This document shows, in pieces, positions 12,162 through 46,743 of a stretch of 64,000 bases of DNA. The stretch's first letter is position 1, and every line of letters starts with the position of its first letter. The notes under the pieces were generated by a model. The model saw nothing but the letters and a program-made list of their open reading frames with translations. It ran no database searches and was not told the origin of the DNA. A program made the translations under genes and the position numbers. Origin of the DNA: Blastocystis sp. Blastoise (lineage: Eukaryota > Protista > Bigyra: Opalinata). The stretch is from the NCBI GenBank assembly GCA_039096225.1, contig JBBPEB010000013.1:682001-746000 (forward strand), given 5' to 3'.

Positions 12162-13907
12162 ATGTCATCGTTCATGTCGTCTAACGATCCAAGTATATAT
12201 TTATATAGTATCTTAAAACTAAATATTATAATAAAATATATTTATAGACTCCGTAGATCCACATGTAATTACTTTTGTTGATTATAATAACCAACCTGCT
12301 GCTGTTTATCATTCAAATAATGATTGTACATCATTCTCCTTAGATCCACACTATTCTATGAATGGATCAAGATCTAATTCAGGTTCTCCAGATATTGATG
12401 GTAATTTCTTTTCGAACTCTGGTTTAAGAGATTCTCCAAAGAATATTTTAGGTTCAACAACAGATTCTACTTCAAATCATGTTGCTACTTCTATTGCTAA
12501 TTCTGTTCCAAGTTCTGTTCCAAGTTCTGTTCCTAATATAACAAATTATGTTGCTACTTCTATTGCGAATACTTTACCATCTATTCTGAATCCTATTCCT
12601 AATATTCTGAATTCTATTCCTAAGTTGAATACAAAATTAAATCCTAATTCTTCTTCTTTATATCCACAAAATAATATATATAATACAAATACTACTTCTG
12701 ATATTACCAATAAAAATAATAATGAAACTATATATAACTCAAAAGGATCTAATACATATTCTCCCTATATGAATAAATCTTTAATGAATACATCTTTAAA
12801 TTCTATGAATTCTTCAAATATGTCTCCTCAAACACCTTCTTCTTTATATAATAATAATAATAATACTAATAATAATAGTAATACTAATAATAATAATAAT
12901 AATACTACTAATACTAATAATAATAATAATATTCCCATTCGTAATAGTACTTCAAATTCTCGTCTTTTGAATATTCAACGACCTGTTCTTCCTTCTATTA
13001 ATCAATCTCCTTTAAATAATAAAGGGAATTCTATAAATCCTTCCACTATAAAACAAAATAATAATAATGTTTCTAACAATAATAATATTCCTAATAATAA
13101 TAATATTCCTAATAATAATAATGTTTCTAATAATAATAATGTTGCTAATAATAATTATATTCCTAATAATACTAACATGCCTTTTAATATGCAAACAAAC
13201 ACTATAGGATCCTCTTCTTCTGCTATTTCTTCTTCTTCTTCTACTATCAATACATCTTTTCCATCTATAAATAGAGGACAACCTATTTCTATACCTATAG
13301 CTTCAGCTCCTTCTTATCCTCCTTCTTATCCTCCTTCTTATCCTCCTTCTTATCCTCCTTCTAACCCTCCTTCTAACCCTCCTTCTAATCCTCCTTCTTA
13401 TCCTCCTTCTTATCCTCCTTCTAACCCTCCTTCTAACCCTCCTTCTTATCCTCCTTCTTATCCTCCATTTAATCCTCCTTCTAATCCTCCTTCTAATCCT
13501 CCTTTTGGATTATCTTCACCTTCTTTACAACAAACAACTGTACCTATAAATGCATATAATATTAATAATAATCAAACTAAAGATCAATCTCTTGGTTTTT
13601 CATTTCAATCATGTAATCAAAATAATTCAATAAATATATCTAATAATAATAATATAAATAATCATAGTCCAAGTTCTCCAATAATGGGAAGTTTATTATT
13701 AAATAAATGTTTATCTACTCAACATATTAATAAACCTGATACTTCGTTACCTCCTTCTCCTTCTCTTCCTATATGTATAGAACAAGATAAATCACCATCA
13801 CCCCCACCACTCCTCTTGTCATTCATTAATAATAAGAATAATAATAATAATAATACTAATACTAATAATAATAATAATAATAATAATGCTAATAATACTA
13901 ATAATAC

Positions 13908-13939
<32 letters not shown>

Positions 13940-14374
13940 TTACTAATACTAATACTACTTCTGCTACTACTACTACTAATAATAATAATTCTATATCTAT
14001 GAATCAGTTTTCAAACCAGAAGAAAGATTTTATTTCTGTTTTAAATACTTCTTCATCGAATAGTTCATATAATAATGATACTACTATTAATAATACAAAT
14101 AGTATGAATTCTTCAGTATCTATTACTCCTTCTCTTCATAATTCTCTTCCATTTTCATTACCTCCTCCTCCTCTTTCTTCTTCTATGCAAATGAACCAAT
14201 CAAATTCATTAAAAAAGTCATTTACATTACAACCTCCTCCTCTATTAAATAAAACTAATTTGAAAAGTACGTCTTTAATATCAGTCTTACAATCTATGTC
14301 TTCATCTTCAACAAGTAGTGTCTCTAATAATCAAAACTCTATGAAGAATCCCTTTAGTTTTAGTTCAAATGATG

Positions 14375-14423
<49 letters not shown>

Positions 14424-16287
14424 TAATAATAATAATAATAATAATAACGTTGATTCTATGAAGAACATTTCTTTCTCAAGTAATTCACTGAATACATCAT
14501 ATAATAATACTACTACTAATAATAATATATATAATAATAATGCTAATAATAATACTACTACTAATCATAATAATACTACCACTACCACTAACACTAATAA
14601 TATATATAATAATTTTACTATGGATATTGATAATGATGAACATAATATACCAAGAGCTACTTCATCTAAAATGAATAATAAGTATTTACGTGACTTTTCA
14701 AATGACAGTAGTAGTGATAGTGATGAGGATAAAACGGAACGACCTGTAGTTAAACCTTATATTCCTGTTGATCGTAATCATTCAGAACATAATCATTATT
14801 CTATAGATTCTGATAATCATAATGAACAATCTGAATATATATATGAACAAAAAAATAATAATATGAATAATAATCAAGGTTATAATTCAAATAATCATGG
14901 TTATGATGGTGAGTCTAAGTATGATTCAAGATTAAATCATGATTCTAGGGATATAGATATAGATAATAAACATAATTCAAATCATAATAATATGAAACAA
15001 CATGATTCTGATTCTGATGATAATTATAAATATAATGATGATCATAAATATATTAATAATGATTATAAATATAATGCTGATGATTATAAATATAATGCTG
15101 ATGATTATAATTATAATGCTGATGATTATAATTATAATCATGATTATTCATCATCTTATTACCAACAAAGTAATTATATGAATAATCATTCATTATCAAA
15201 ACAAGTTGATTTATTTGCTTCTTCTTCAGAAAGTGATGATGAAGAACCGAATACAATTAATAAAATTATGTGTGATATATGTGCTAATGATGTTAATGAA
15301 ACTGATTTTTATACATTTCCTTGTCCAGAACATCATAGTTTTTGTATTAATTGTTTACATGATTTATATATAGATAATCAAAATAATAGTTCTATTTGTA
15401 TATGTCCAGCTTGTGATTATACTTGGTTTCCGCTTGATGTATATTATATTATATTAAAATATTATGGAAATGAAAATAAAGCACTTCAAGAAATGAGTAT
15501 ATATGATGAATTTTTATTTAAACAAGCAGTACATAATTTAATTCAATGTCCTACAAAAGGATGTATTGCTTCTTATGAATTATCGGAAGAAGATTTATCT
15601 CATTCTGTTAAAATTAATTGTTTAAAATGTAATAATACTTTTTGTTCGAAATGTAAAAAACAATTTCATTATAATATACCTTGTGAAGATGTAGAGAAAA
15701 CACGTATGATATGGTTACAATGGGAAACAACTGGAAGAATGACGCGTATTATGCAAAAAGGTGAATTTTTAGATGCTTCTAAAAATTATGAAAATAAAAG
15801 AATTGAATTTGAAAAACAAAAAGATGAAAAAGTCCGTCAATTTAATGAAATTGTTAAGAATGAACAAATGTTATCCAATGATTGTCGTTGTTGTCCTAAT
15901 TGTCATCGTATTATATATAGAATTGAAGGTTGTGATAGTATGGTATGTGGTCGTGATACTCATGGTAAAGGATCTATTAATGGTTGTGGTAGATCTTTCA
16001 GTTGGTCAAATGCACCTCGTTATGTGTCTCAAATACCTCAACAACCATCATTAAATTTTGATCAACCATTACCTTCATTAACAAATAATGTTACTCATAA
16101 TATTAAATATCATTGTAGTTTATGTAAAGAACTTGGTAAACCCGATTTACCAATTAAAGGTATACGGTTTGCTTGTTTATATTGTCCACAATATTATATA
16201 TGTGAAGAATGTGATTTTAATAATATTAGTTTACATGCTAGTGGAAAACATGTTTTTAGAATTATTACTGATCCAGAACAAGATTAA
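12162..16287 (+). CDS. RBR (RING1-IBR-RING2) E3 ubiquitin ligase with C-terminal ZZ zinc finger and ~1000-aa Asn/Ser/Pro low-complexity N-terminus; exons 12162-12192, 12248-16287
   Basis: RING1 CDIC..CPEHHSFCINC..CPAC; IBR CPTKGC..CLKC..FCSKCKKQFH..C; RING2 CPNCHRIIYRIEGCDSMVC..GC; ZZ CSLC..IKGIRFACLYCPQYYICEEC..H..H. The short first exon splices in frame. Confidence 0.9.
13309..13506 (+). repeat. 12-bp coding tandem repeat (CCTCCTTCTTAT/AAC/AAT) encoding a PPSY/PPSN array
   Basis: About 16 tetrapeptide units, 7 of them PPSY. Confidence 0.9.
15061..15147 (+). repeat. 21-bp coding tandem repeat encoding DY(K/N)YNAD, ~4 copies
   Basis: GATTATAAATATAATGCTGAT repeated within the RBR gene. Confidence 0.8.
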
Positions 16288-16699
16288 AATATATATTTAT
16301 ATATATATATATTTTTTATAAACTATATTGTTGATTTTATTATATATATATGATTTATTTTCATTTTTATTTTGTGTTTTTAAATATTTTATTTATTTTA
16401 AATATTCTTTTTGAGTTAATAGATAATTGTTTTCTTTATTATTGTTGTATTATTTTTATTCAAACAAAACATTGCAAGATTATATATGAAAAACTTTTAA
16501 TTATAAATATAAACATTTAACAAGTTATAAAATATTAAATAAATTAAATATATAACAAATAAAATAAAAATAAATAAAATATTAAAAAAAAATATATAAA
16601 ATAAAAACATAAAATATAACAAATATAAAATAAAAATATAACAAATATAAAACAAATAAAAAATAAAGATAAAACAAATATAAAATAAATAAACTATAT

Positions 16700-36333
<19,634 letters not shown>

Positions 36334-37159
36334 GCTATTATTAAGTTAATAAGAAGATTAATAAAACTGTTCATGGTCATTTCTTGTCAAGAATTTCGCT
36401 TTTTAAAGAAGCACAATTAACCACGAATAACTCTTGTTTTTTGTTTTCTGTTTATTATTTCTTTAATATATCATTTAATTATAAAGTAATCATATTTCTA
36501 TTACATACTTGAAGTTCTGATTGTTTAGTTAATTGTTTGAATGTGAATCAATTATTAATTGGTTGATTAATTGATTTAAGTCTATTATATGCTATTCAAA
36601 ATAGTCTTATTGTACTCTGCTTTGTCTGTATATCATATAATAATAGTATCTTCTATTCTGTACATGATATAATTACGAATGAAATTTTTTTTTGTATGTT
36701 TTCTGGATTAAATGATATGATAATTTTGTTCATACATTTATATTCAATTCAGTTTTAATATCTAGGCATATATTCAAATGTAATAGAATACATTTGGTTT
36801 ATATGTTAAAAATGAACACATTCATAAATGATTGTGATTTATTTATAGTATTGTTTATATTTTATTATAGTTAGCATCAGTGAATAATGTCATCAATGAT
36901 TACTGTGAATTATCCGTTTTTTGAAAGTGAATTAAAAAAAATATTTTAAAACTATTTATAGCAAATAAAAAATACGATATTACAAAAACTAACTTTCAAC
37001 ATATAAAGAAAGAAAATAAGAATTTATAATGAAAGAGAAAAATAAATATTTTAATAACTGAAAAAGAAAGATTGAATGGAAAATTTAAAAAAATAAGAAA
37101 TACCTGATAAAAATCACATATTATATGTTAAAATAGTATGATTTATATATATATTATTA

Positions 37160-37594
37160 TTAAGGATGTGTATAGAAAGATTCTAATGTTGGAGTATTTG
37201 TGAGTGACTATAGAATAATAGCAATAATAGTAATAAATATTAAATATTAATGATTTTTATATATATACTTTTTTCTTCATTATTTTTACTTTTTTAGTTT
37301 GAGGAGAATTTTTATCATTTTCAATTGTTCTCTTCATAGATACAGAAGATGATGTATTATTATTATTATTAGTATTATTAGTATTATTATTATTATTATT
37401 ATTATTAGTATTAGTATTAGTATTATTATTATTATTATTATTAATATGTTTAGAAGGAGAGTTCATAGCAGCTTTACGTATAGAATGTAAGGTAGGAATA
37501 GGTAATAATGGAGGAGTAGATACAGAATGAATAGAACTATGTCTTGATGTCTCCGTACAATCTATAATAAGATCTTCAGAATCTATATCTATTA

Positions 37595-37629
<35 letters not shown>

Positions 37630-37706
37630 GTTCTCATAGTAACATGAGAATAAGAAGTAGATGATTGAGATGAAATAGAAGTAATAGAAGATATACTACT
37701 CTTACG

Positions 37707-37749
<43 letters not shown>

Positions 37750-37802
37750 TTAGATATATAACTTGTATATTCAGGTTTAATGATCCATGCAGTTGGATGA
37801 TG

Positions 37803-37887
<85 letters not shown>

Positions 37888-39909
37888 ATTATTCAAGATA
37901 TAAATATAACTATATAATAAATAAACATATAAATAAATAAATAAATATACTTGATTTTTAGTAGCTTTCTTTGCCATCATAGAAATTGCCATATAGATAT
38001 GATTCTTTCCTATATGTTGTGTATATATTTTAATAAATTCATTAGCAAGAGAAACTTTATTTTCTTCTTTAGTTTTAGATAAAAAGGGAATAAATTGTGA
38101 CTTAAATTCTTCTGAAAATTCTGGAATTATTCGTTTTACTTCTTTTTTCTCTTCTTTTTCTTTATTTTCATCATTTTTAACATCATGATTTTCTTCTTTT
38201 ATAATTTTATGAGTATCCTTCTTTGTCAATTGACTTTTATTCTTTATATTTATATCTTTTATATCCTTAGCATTCTTCTTCTTATCATTCTCATTCTTTA
38301 AATCTTTAGTATTAGTATTATTATTAGTATTCTCTTTTGATTCTTGTTGAATATCTTTATTAACTGTTTTATTCATATGATTCGCTGAAGAAGGAAGTAT
38401 ACACTCTTTAATCTAGATATATTCATAAATATAATAAATATAATAAATATAATAAATATAATACTAATAAACATAATCATATTATAATAAACATAATTGT
38501 ATAATAATAATAAATATCATAAATATCTATAAATATAATATATATAATATATATAATAAATATAATAAATATAAAAATATAATAAATATAATAAATATAA
38601 TAAATATAATAAATATAATAAATATAATAAATATAATAAATATAAATTTTATAAATATAATAAATATAATAATGAATAATACCGATATGATATATACATA
38701 CACTGATTGCCACAGGTTTTCCTTGAAGAATATATTTCTTTTTTAATCTCCACACACTATCATTTCGTCTATATAATATTTCTCTTAATAACAATTTTAT
38801 TTGTAATTTATTAACTTTCTGATGTGTATTATTTGTTAAGAAATAAGTATATAGTATAGGTAAGGCTTCTTTATGATCTGTTGAGAAATAATCACGAATA
38901 TAATCGACATATGGAGCAGTAAATGTATATACAACTTCAGGTTCATTCTTTATAGTTGATAATAAATCAAAAATTGATATATCTTCATTATTATTATCAT
39001 TTTCTTTATCATTATCATCAATATCACTAAGAGAAGGTATAGAAAGATCAGTTATTGTCTATATATATATATATATATTAATATATAGAAAAAAGAATAT
39101 ATATAACATCAATATTTATATTATAACATTTATAATACCAAATAAATATATATATAAATACCTTCTTTTGATTTTCTTTTCGTTTTTCTTTTTCTTCTTC
39201 TTCTTCTTTCTTTATACGTTTTTGTTCTTGAATTATTTTCTTTTCATTTTCTCGAATCTTCTTTTCTAGTTCCGATTGATCTTTTAAGAAGGACTGATGA
39301 TGTATATTATATTCCCTTTCCATGTCCTATATATATATAATCAATAATAGTTAGTAAATTATTATATTTACTACTCATATCCTATATACATATTTAATTA
39401 ACATATATATATCTATAATAATAGTCAGTAGTAATATCATATATATAAAATCAATAATATATATATATATATTTATAATAATAATAAATACAAGTTGTTT
39501 TTTGGCTTCTTGTTCTTTTTGTTGATCAAAAGTCATTTTTTGTTTCTTAATTTGTCTTAATAACATTTCAGCACGTCGTTGTATTTCTTGTTCATTACGA
39601 GAAAGAGCATAACTATCGAAATATAAATAAGGATTTATATTCATTTCTCTCTTTATATCTTCCCAATGGTCCCAACCATGTTTCATTAACTATATATATT
39701 ATTATTATGTTTATATATTTTTATTACTATTATTAATTTATTATTAGTTGATAATAATAATAATATAATTTTAATATATATACAGCACATAATATATATC
39801 TATCCATATATTCAGACCATCCTGTTCCTTTATATTGTGGAGTTACTTGTACTTCCATCTGCTCCCATGGGCGACTTACCTGTAATAACTATATATATAA
39901 TAGTTTATC

Positions 39910-39974
<65 letters not shown>

Positions 39975-42404
39975 TATATATATACTTTCCATGTTAATAA
40001 TTCCCTAAATTCATTCATCTCTTGTCTTCTATTATGTGCTTTCTCTATCTTTTGAGTCCATTTATCATAATCAGGTAAAGTTCTATATATTATAGTTATA
40101 TATATATATATATATATAGATGAAAAAAAAAAGAATACAAAAAGATATTAGAATATATGAAGAAATAATATATATATATATACTGTTTGACTTCTTGGAA
40201 TGCAATAGAATATGCTTTTATATCTTCAACTGATTTATTAACGACTTTAGCAATAGACACATAGTCTGTCACTTCATAATCACATAAACTATATATATAA
40301 TAGCAATTAAATAATATTAAATAAAAAACTAAAGTATATATAATATAGCAATAAAATGATATAAAAATAAAAATCTAATGTATATATAATATAACAATTA
40401 ATTAATATAAAAATAAAAAAATCATAAATATATATACGCATTAATATAGTTTTTAAAATCAGTTCTATTCCAATGTATAAATCCATTATTAATATATTCA
40501 TGGTAAGCTTCTACTTCTTCTTCACTTATATATATAGTTGAATCATTCTCTTCTTTATCATTTTCTTTTTGAATTTTTTCATTATACGACTCAACAAGTT
40601 CCATATTATATAATTGGAAAGGATAGACAGTATACATTTTGATTTTCTTCTTTTTAATTCCTTCTTTTGACGTATTCGTTGATAATACCTTTTTATAATA
40701 CTCACTCTCATTATAACTCTGTATCTATATATATATACATATAAGCATATAATGTATATTCAATACTAAATATATTAGTATTTAATAATCATAATAAAAA
40801 CAAATAAAAATAAATAAAAATAAAACTATAAGTATAGTATAATATACTTTTCGTTGTCTCTTTGTATTAGAGTCTAAGGCTGTTTGTTCCGCTATACACT
40901 GATCTAAAGCTTCTTGGTCCATTTTATCGCGGGAATCCTCATCTTTTGAAAGAGAAGAAGGAAGAGTTATTGGGGTACTCTCTATCTTAAAATTTAATAA
41001 TCTATATATATATTAATATATAGAGATTATTAATAATAATAATGAATATATAAATATATATATATACTGTTCTTCAGGAATAATTTCTTTGATTTTCTCT
41101 TCTAGTTTCTTTGTTCGTTCTTCCCCGCGGGAAAGTAAGACATCAATATCATCATCTTCAATTGTACTATCAGTTGATAATAATATAGCACTGGCACCAT
41201 GTCTATATATATAGATTTATATAGATTTATATATATATAGGTTTATATATATATATATACCTAACCATATTCATCATTTCTTCTTTTGTTAATTTATGTG
41301 AAGATTCCTTCAATCTACCCTATATATATATATATAATAATAATATCAATAATAATAATAATAATATATATATATATACTTGTTGAATAACTAGTGTATC
41401 TAGTCTTAATCTCATTTGAGCTCGTTCAATAATCTTTTCTTCTACTGTGTCTTCTGTTACTAATCGATAAACTTCAACCTCTTTCTTCTGGCCTATACGA
41501 TGTACACGGTCTTGAGCTTGTAGATCCATTTGAGGATTCCAATCAGAATCATATAAAATAACAGTATCAGCACTTGTTAAATTAATACCAAGACCCCCTG
41601 CACGTGTACTCAGTAAAAACACAAAGTAAGGACTATTGGGTGCGTTAAATCCATCGATAGCTGCGTCACGTTCATCGGCACTCGTCTGACCATCTAAGCG
41701 GCAATACATATATTGACGCATAGAACAATAATCCTATATATAAAAGAATGAATAATATATAATAAATTTATATGTATTTATATATGTAATTATATAATAA
41801 TGAAATTATAATAAGATATATATATATATTATACTTCTAATATATCAAGCATTCTTGTCATTTGACAAAAGATAAGAACTCTGTTCCCGCGCTGTTTTAA
41901 ACGCGCCAATAATTTATCCAAAAGAACCATCTTACCACAATTTTGAATAAGATGTTCTCCGCACGGATCTAATGTACGGTCTTCAACACCATCAAACAAA
42001 TAAGGATGATTGGCCATTTTTCGTAACTGCATCATTAAATTCATGAGATGAACTGGCTCTTTTGAATCTGAACTTAACTATATATATTATTATTATTTTA
42101 TTATTATATATATATTATTATTATTATTATTATATATTATTATTATTATTATTATATATGTTATATTATATATTAAAATTATATAATATTGACTTTAAAT
42201 TACAGAATATTATATAGATACTAAAGAGAAGTCTTTAAGATAAATTGATTTATAGAGTTCACGTTGAAGTTTTGACATACCAATATATAGAATAGTTTCA
42301 TGCTTAGGCTATACATATATATATATATAATAGATATATACAGGTAATTTATTTTCTACATCCGCCTTGAGTCGTCTTAACATGAAGGGACGAAGAATCT
42401 TATG

Positions 42405-42440
<36 letters not shown>

Positions 42441-43054
42441 AAAAACTACAATAAAAGTAATAAATAGTATATTCTAAAAAATAATAATAATAATAATTAA
42501 TAATAATATATATATATACTTGATTAATCATAGTTTCTTTTTCTTCAACATTATCCGTATTTTCTAGATTGAAAATAGTTCCAAAAAGATCCGAATCTTC
42601 AAAAATAGAGGGCATTAAATAATATAATAAAGCCCAAAGTTCATGTAAATTTTTCTATATATAATATATAATATATAATATATTATTATATTTATTATTA
42701 TATTTATTATTATTATTATTAATATGTATATATATAAACCTGAAGAGGTGTTCCAGTTAAAAGAAGTCGGTTTTCACAGTACACTTCACGAAGTACGGAG
42801 GACAATTTACTGTTCTCATTCTTAATACGATGAGCTTCATCAATAATTATATATCTATATAGTTATTCAACCATTAAATATATATATAATAGATTAAATA
42901 TAATTTAAAGTAATGAAAATATATATATATATATATATATACTTATATTTAAGTTTTGAAAGAGGTCCTTTTTCAATAATAAACATTTCATACGTTGTGA
43001 CTAATACATCCCATTGACCGTGGTAATTCTATATATATATATTATTATAATAAG

Positions 43055-43094
<40 letters not shown>

Positions 43095-44337
43095 TAATAT
43101 CACATATATACTTTAATATTATCTTTAACAAATGATTGTCTTTCTTCTTTATCGCCGTGTAATTTCACTACTTTTAATAATGGACACCATTTTGTGCATT
43201 CATTCACCCAATTTCCTAAGGTTGACTTTGGTACTAAAACTATATGAGGACCTCTATATATATATAATATCATTTATATATATAAATATGATATTATAAT
43301 AATTAAGAAATATATATAAATATTTAAAAACATATAAAATTTTATAATATATGAAATAATATCTATATATACGAATAATTAAAATATTGTTTTAAAAATC
43401 CAAGAAGTGAAATTGTTTCTAATGTTTTACCAAGACCTATTTATATATATATATTAAAAAAAAGCAAATATTCATACCCATTTCATCTGCTAAGATACAA
43501 TTCAGTCCATTCTGAAATTGACTGACCATCCAATTAAGTGCTTCTATCTGATAAGGTCTCATTAATCCTTTTATACATGTAGGTTGTACATGTACATGAA
43601 TGGGTTCAATTGGATTTAATTCTTGTTTTAACATTTCAATATCATCTACCTTTTCCTCTACACTATTACGATGTCTTTGTCCAAATTGTTTGCTATTCTT
43701 TTTATCTAATTTATTGAGTTGAGGTTCAAGAAAACGAGCAAAGATATCACTTTGATTCAAAAGAAATTGAATCATATGTTTCTTCTTTTCTTCAGGAGAT
43801 AACAATTGTAATTTCTTTGTTAACTATATAGTTTTAAGAATATAAAATGGAAGGCATTCTTAATACAATCATTATAATATTCAAACAAAATATTTAAATA
43901 CTTTTCCATCATTTTGAACGTCCACATCTTGCGATAAAAGAATGGCGGCGAACTCTCTAAATAGAAGAAAAACATGTTTTATTATTAGAGAATAGTTAGT
44001 TCAATAGTTTCATATATAAATACAGTCGGAATATCATCTTCATCACTCAATTCTTGAGATTGTTCTAGTGCAACTAATTCTGAAACAGTCTTATCCTATA
44101 TATAACAGCATAAAACTATAGGAGATAATGTTTTGAATACATCAAGTTGTGTTGTATGGAGTTTCGTTTGTTGAGAAGTTGAAAGAGCATCAGAATTACC
44201 ATCTGAAACGTCATTCTTAGATTCGTCTTGCTATTGTATATAATATATTATAATATGACTTTCAATATACGAGATCCATCCTAAATAATTTAAATGGAAG
44301 ATATTGTATAAATATACGTTGAGTTTTCAATTTCCAT
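37160..44337 (-). CDS. ISWI: ISWI/SNF2H-family chromatin remodeling ATPase (SNF2_N, helicase C, HAND-SANT-SLIDE) with a long C-terminal extension; >20 exons
   Basis: [122 protein letters not shown] (SANT), W..IKREM...P..YFD....SR..QEIQRRA (SLIDE). Confidence 0.92.
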
Positions 44338-44598
44338 TTTTACTTTTGAATAGAACTAAGAATACAATAATATGAATATTAGTCTATATCTATAATTCAA
44401 ATAGAAACAAACAAAAGAAATTTATTTAGAAAAATATACGCATTTTTCCCTCGTGTAGACAGAAAAAAAGTGGGAAAAAAGAGATTTAATATATTCATGG
44501 TGATTTTGAAAATATCAAGACATTTTCTACATAAAATCGTAAATACGAGTTAAAAAACGGAAACAAAAGTTGCGAAGTTTTTTTAATAATTTTTTGAT

Positions 44599-46279
44599 AT
44601 GAATAATTACCTAGTTCTTATTTTTTGTGTTTTTCTTGCATATATTGGTGTAAACTTCGTATATAAGTTGCTTTCAACCTCGTCATCTTTTCAGAGAGCC
44701 ACAATCAACGATTATCACCACTATAAACCAAAGGTAATTCAACTGCAACGTTATGAAAACGTCTACCGTTTGTATTATGCTCTTGACAAGATTGCATCTA
44801 AGAATTATACACATTTTGGTATATATTTATTTCCATTTCTTGTTTTTTGTTTTGCATTTCTTTTCTATATGTTATTCTAAAGAATATCAAACTTTGTATG
44901 CGCCTTATGAAGACCAAATGAAGTCTTTTTTCAAGTCGAGTATCCATCAACCGTTTGAATTTCTTGAATATTATAAGAATATTCAAAAGGATGCATTCAG
45001 TGGTTCTCGTCCTAAGAATTTCGTATGTTTTCAACCAAATGAAGCTGGATTTGGTAATAAGTTATATGGTATGATCAGTACATTATTCATAGCAATGGCA
45101 ACAAAGAGAGGTTTTGCAAGTATTTTTTTCAATATTTATGTAATATTTATTTTAGTTTTTCTTTTCATCTTTTTATAATATTTTATTATTATTATTATAG
45201 CATATATATATAATTATATATATATAGTATGTGATTGGCCAGTAGTATTTGATTACTTTCAATTTCCTTTTCCTGTCCCTCTTTTCAAATCTTCTGGTAT
45301 ATATATATATATGTTATGCTTGTTAGGTATATTAAGAATTATATAATATAATATGACAATTAAATAAAATAAATAAAAACACTATTTTAAGTATAATACA
45401 TGGTAGTCTATACTATTTCTTAATAGATTTAACAGATATGGGTATATATCACTTTGGTCCTTATTGTACACGTTTTCCGACATTACGAATCTATTCATTA
45501 AGTACGTTGTTTCCAGAAGATTCAATTGTTATCCGTACAAATTGTATGTTAATTCCAGCCATGATGACGAATCCATATATACATAAAGTAAGACAATATA
45601 TGGGATTTAGAGAAGAAAATATAAGTCATGATGATTTAAAATTATATATACATTCATTTTATATGAATAAAGTGATTTTATTATCAACAACTTTAGAGAA
45701 GCAAGTTCTTTCTATATATGATAGTTTTCCAAAAGCTATTTATTTGGGGTTACAATTAAGAACGGGAAATGATACTGATTTCTTTTCTCGATCAAAAAAG
45801 ACATTTTTAAATGATAATATTATTAATAATTTAATACGAAATATTACAGATAGAACAAAAGAATTAGAAAATAAGCATCAAATGGTGAGATGGTAGATAT
45901 ATATTATTATTTATTATTTTATATATTTTTTATATTTTTATATTTTTTTTATATTTTTTATATATTTTTTATATTTTCTATATTTTTTATATTTTTTATA
46001 TTTTTTATATTTTTTATATTTTATATATTTTCTAGGTTTGTTGTATCTGATTCGTCTCGTTTAAAAATCCAAATGAAAAAGCGATTTCCTCAATATGTGA
46101 CTTTATATCATTCGAAGATTGATCACCCAGGGTATGATTCTATATATAATGTTACTCAAGGAGCTAAAGATGCTCTAATAGAAATGTATTTATTAAGTAA
46201 ATGTGATACTATATTTATGACACCAAAAAGTACATTTGGTGCATTGTCAAGATGTATACGAGGAAAAGGATTTATTTAA
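44599..46279 (+). CDS. Type II membrane GT-B glycosyltransferase, fucosyltransferase-like (GT23/GT37/NodZ-like), paralog 1
   Basis: N-terminal TM; GFGNK motif; GLQLRTG (motif I); FVVSDS (motif II); DALIEMYLLSKCD..TPKSTFG (motif III). Confidence 0.82.
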
Positions 46280-46743
46280 AGAAATCCTAGATAAAGAAAC
46301 TTATGATTTCTTCATTAATCTTATTATTATTATTTTTTCTGTTTCCTCAGTTTGTCTGTAGTTTCTTACATTTTTTTTCGATTCTTTATTATCATTAGTT
46401 ACTATTAATGCGCTTATATAAACTAGTTTTTGTTTAATTTTCATTATAAAAATAGCAATTATAACAGAAATTATTTTTTTTAAATATTCTAAAGTCTTGT
46501 ATTTTCATGCTAATAATAATAGAAATAAGAATTTAAACTAAATATTAAAAACGGCGTTCATCATCTACACCAATGACTAATCAAATTACTAATTCAATTC
46601 ATTTATTCATATTAAAATACTCTATATTCTATGATAGTTATAAAATGAAATTTTAAATTATTTTTGCAAAATATTATCTTGTAGAAAAACAGACTTATAT
46701 CCTTATAATTTTTTTTGACACAAATTATTATTTTTTTCTTCTG

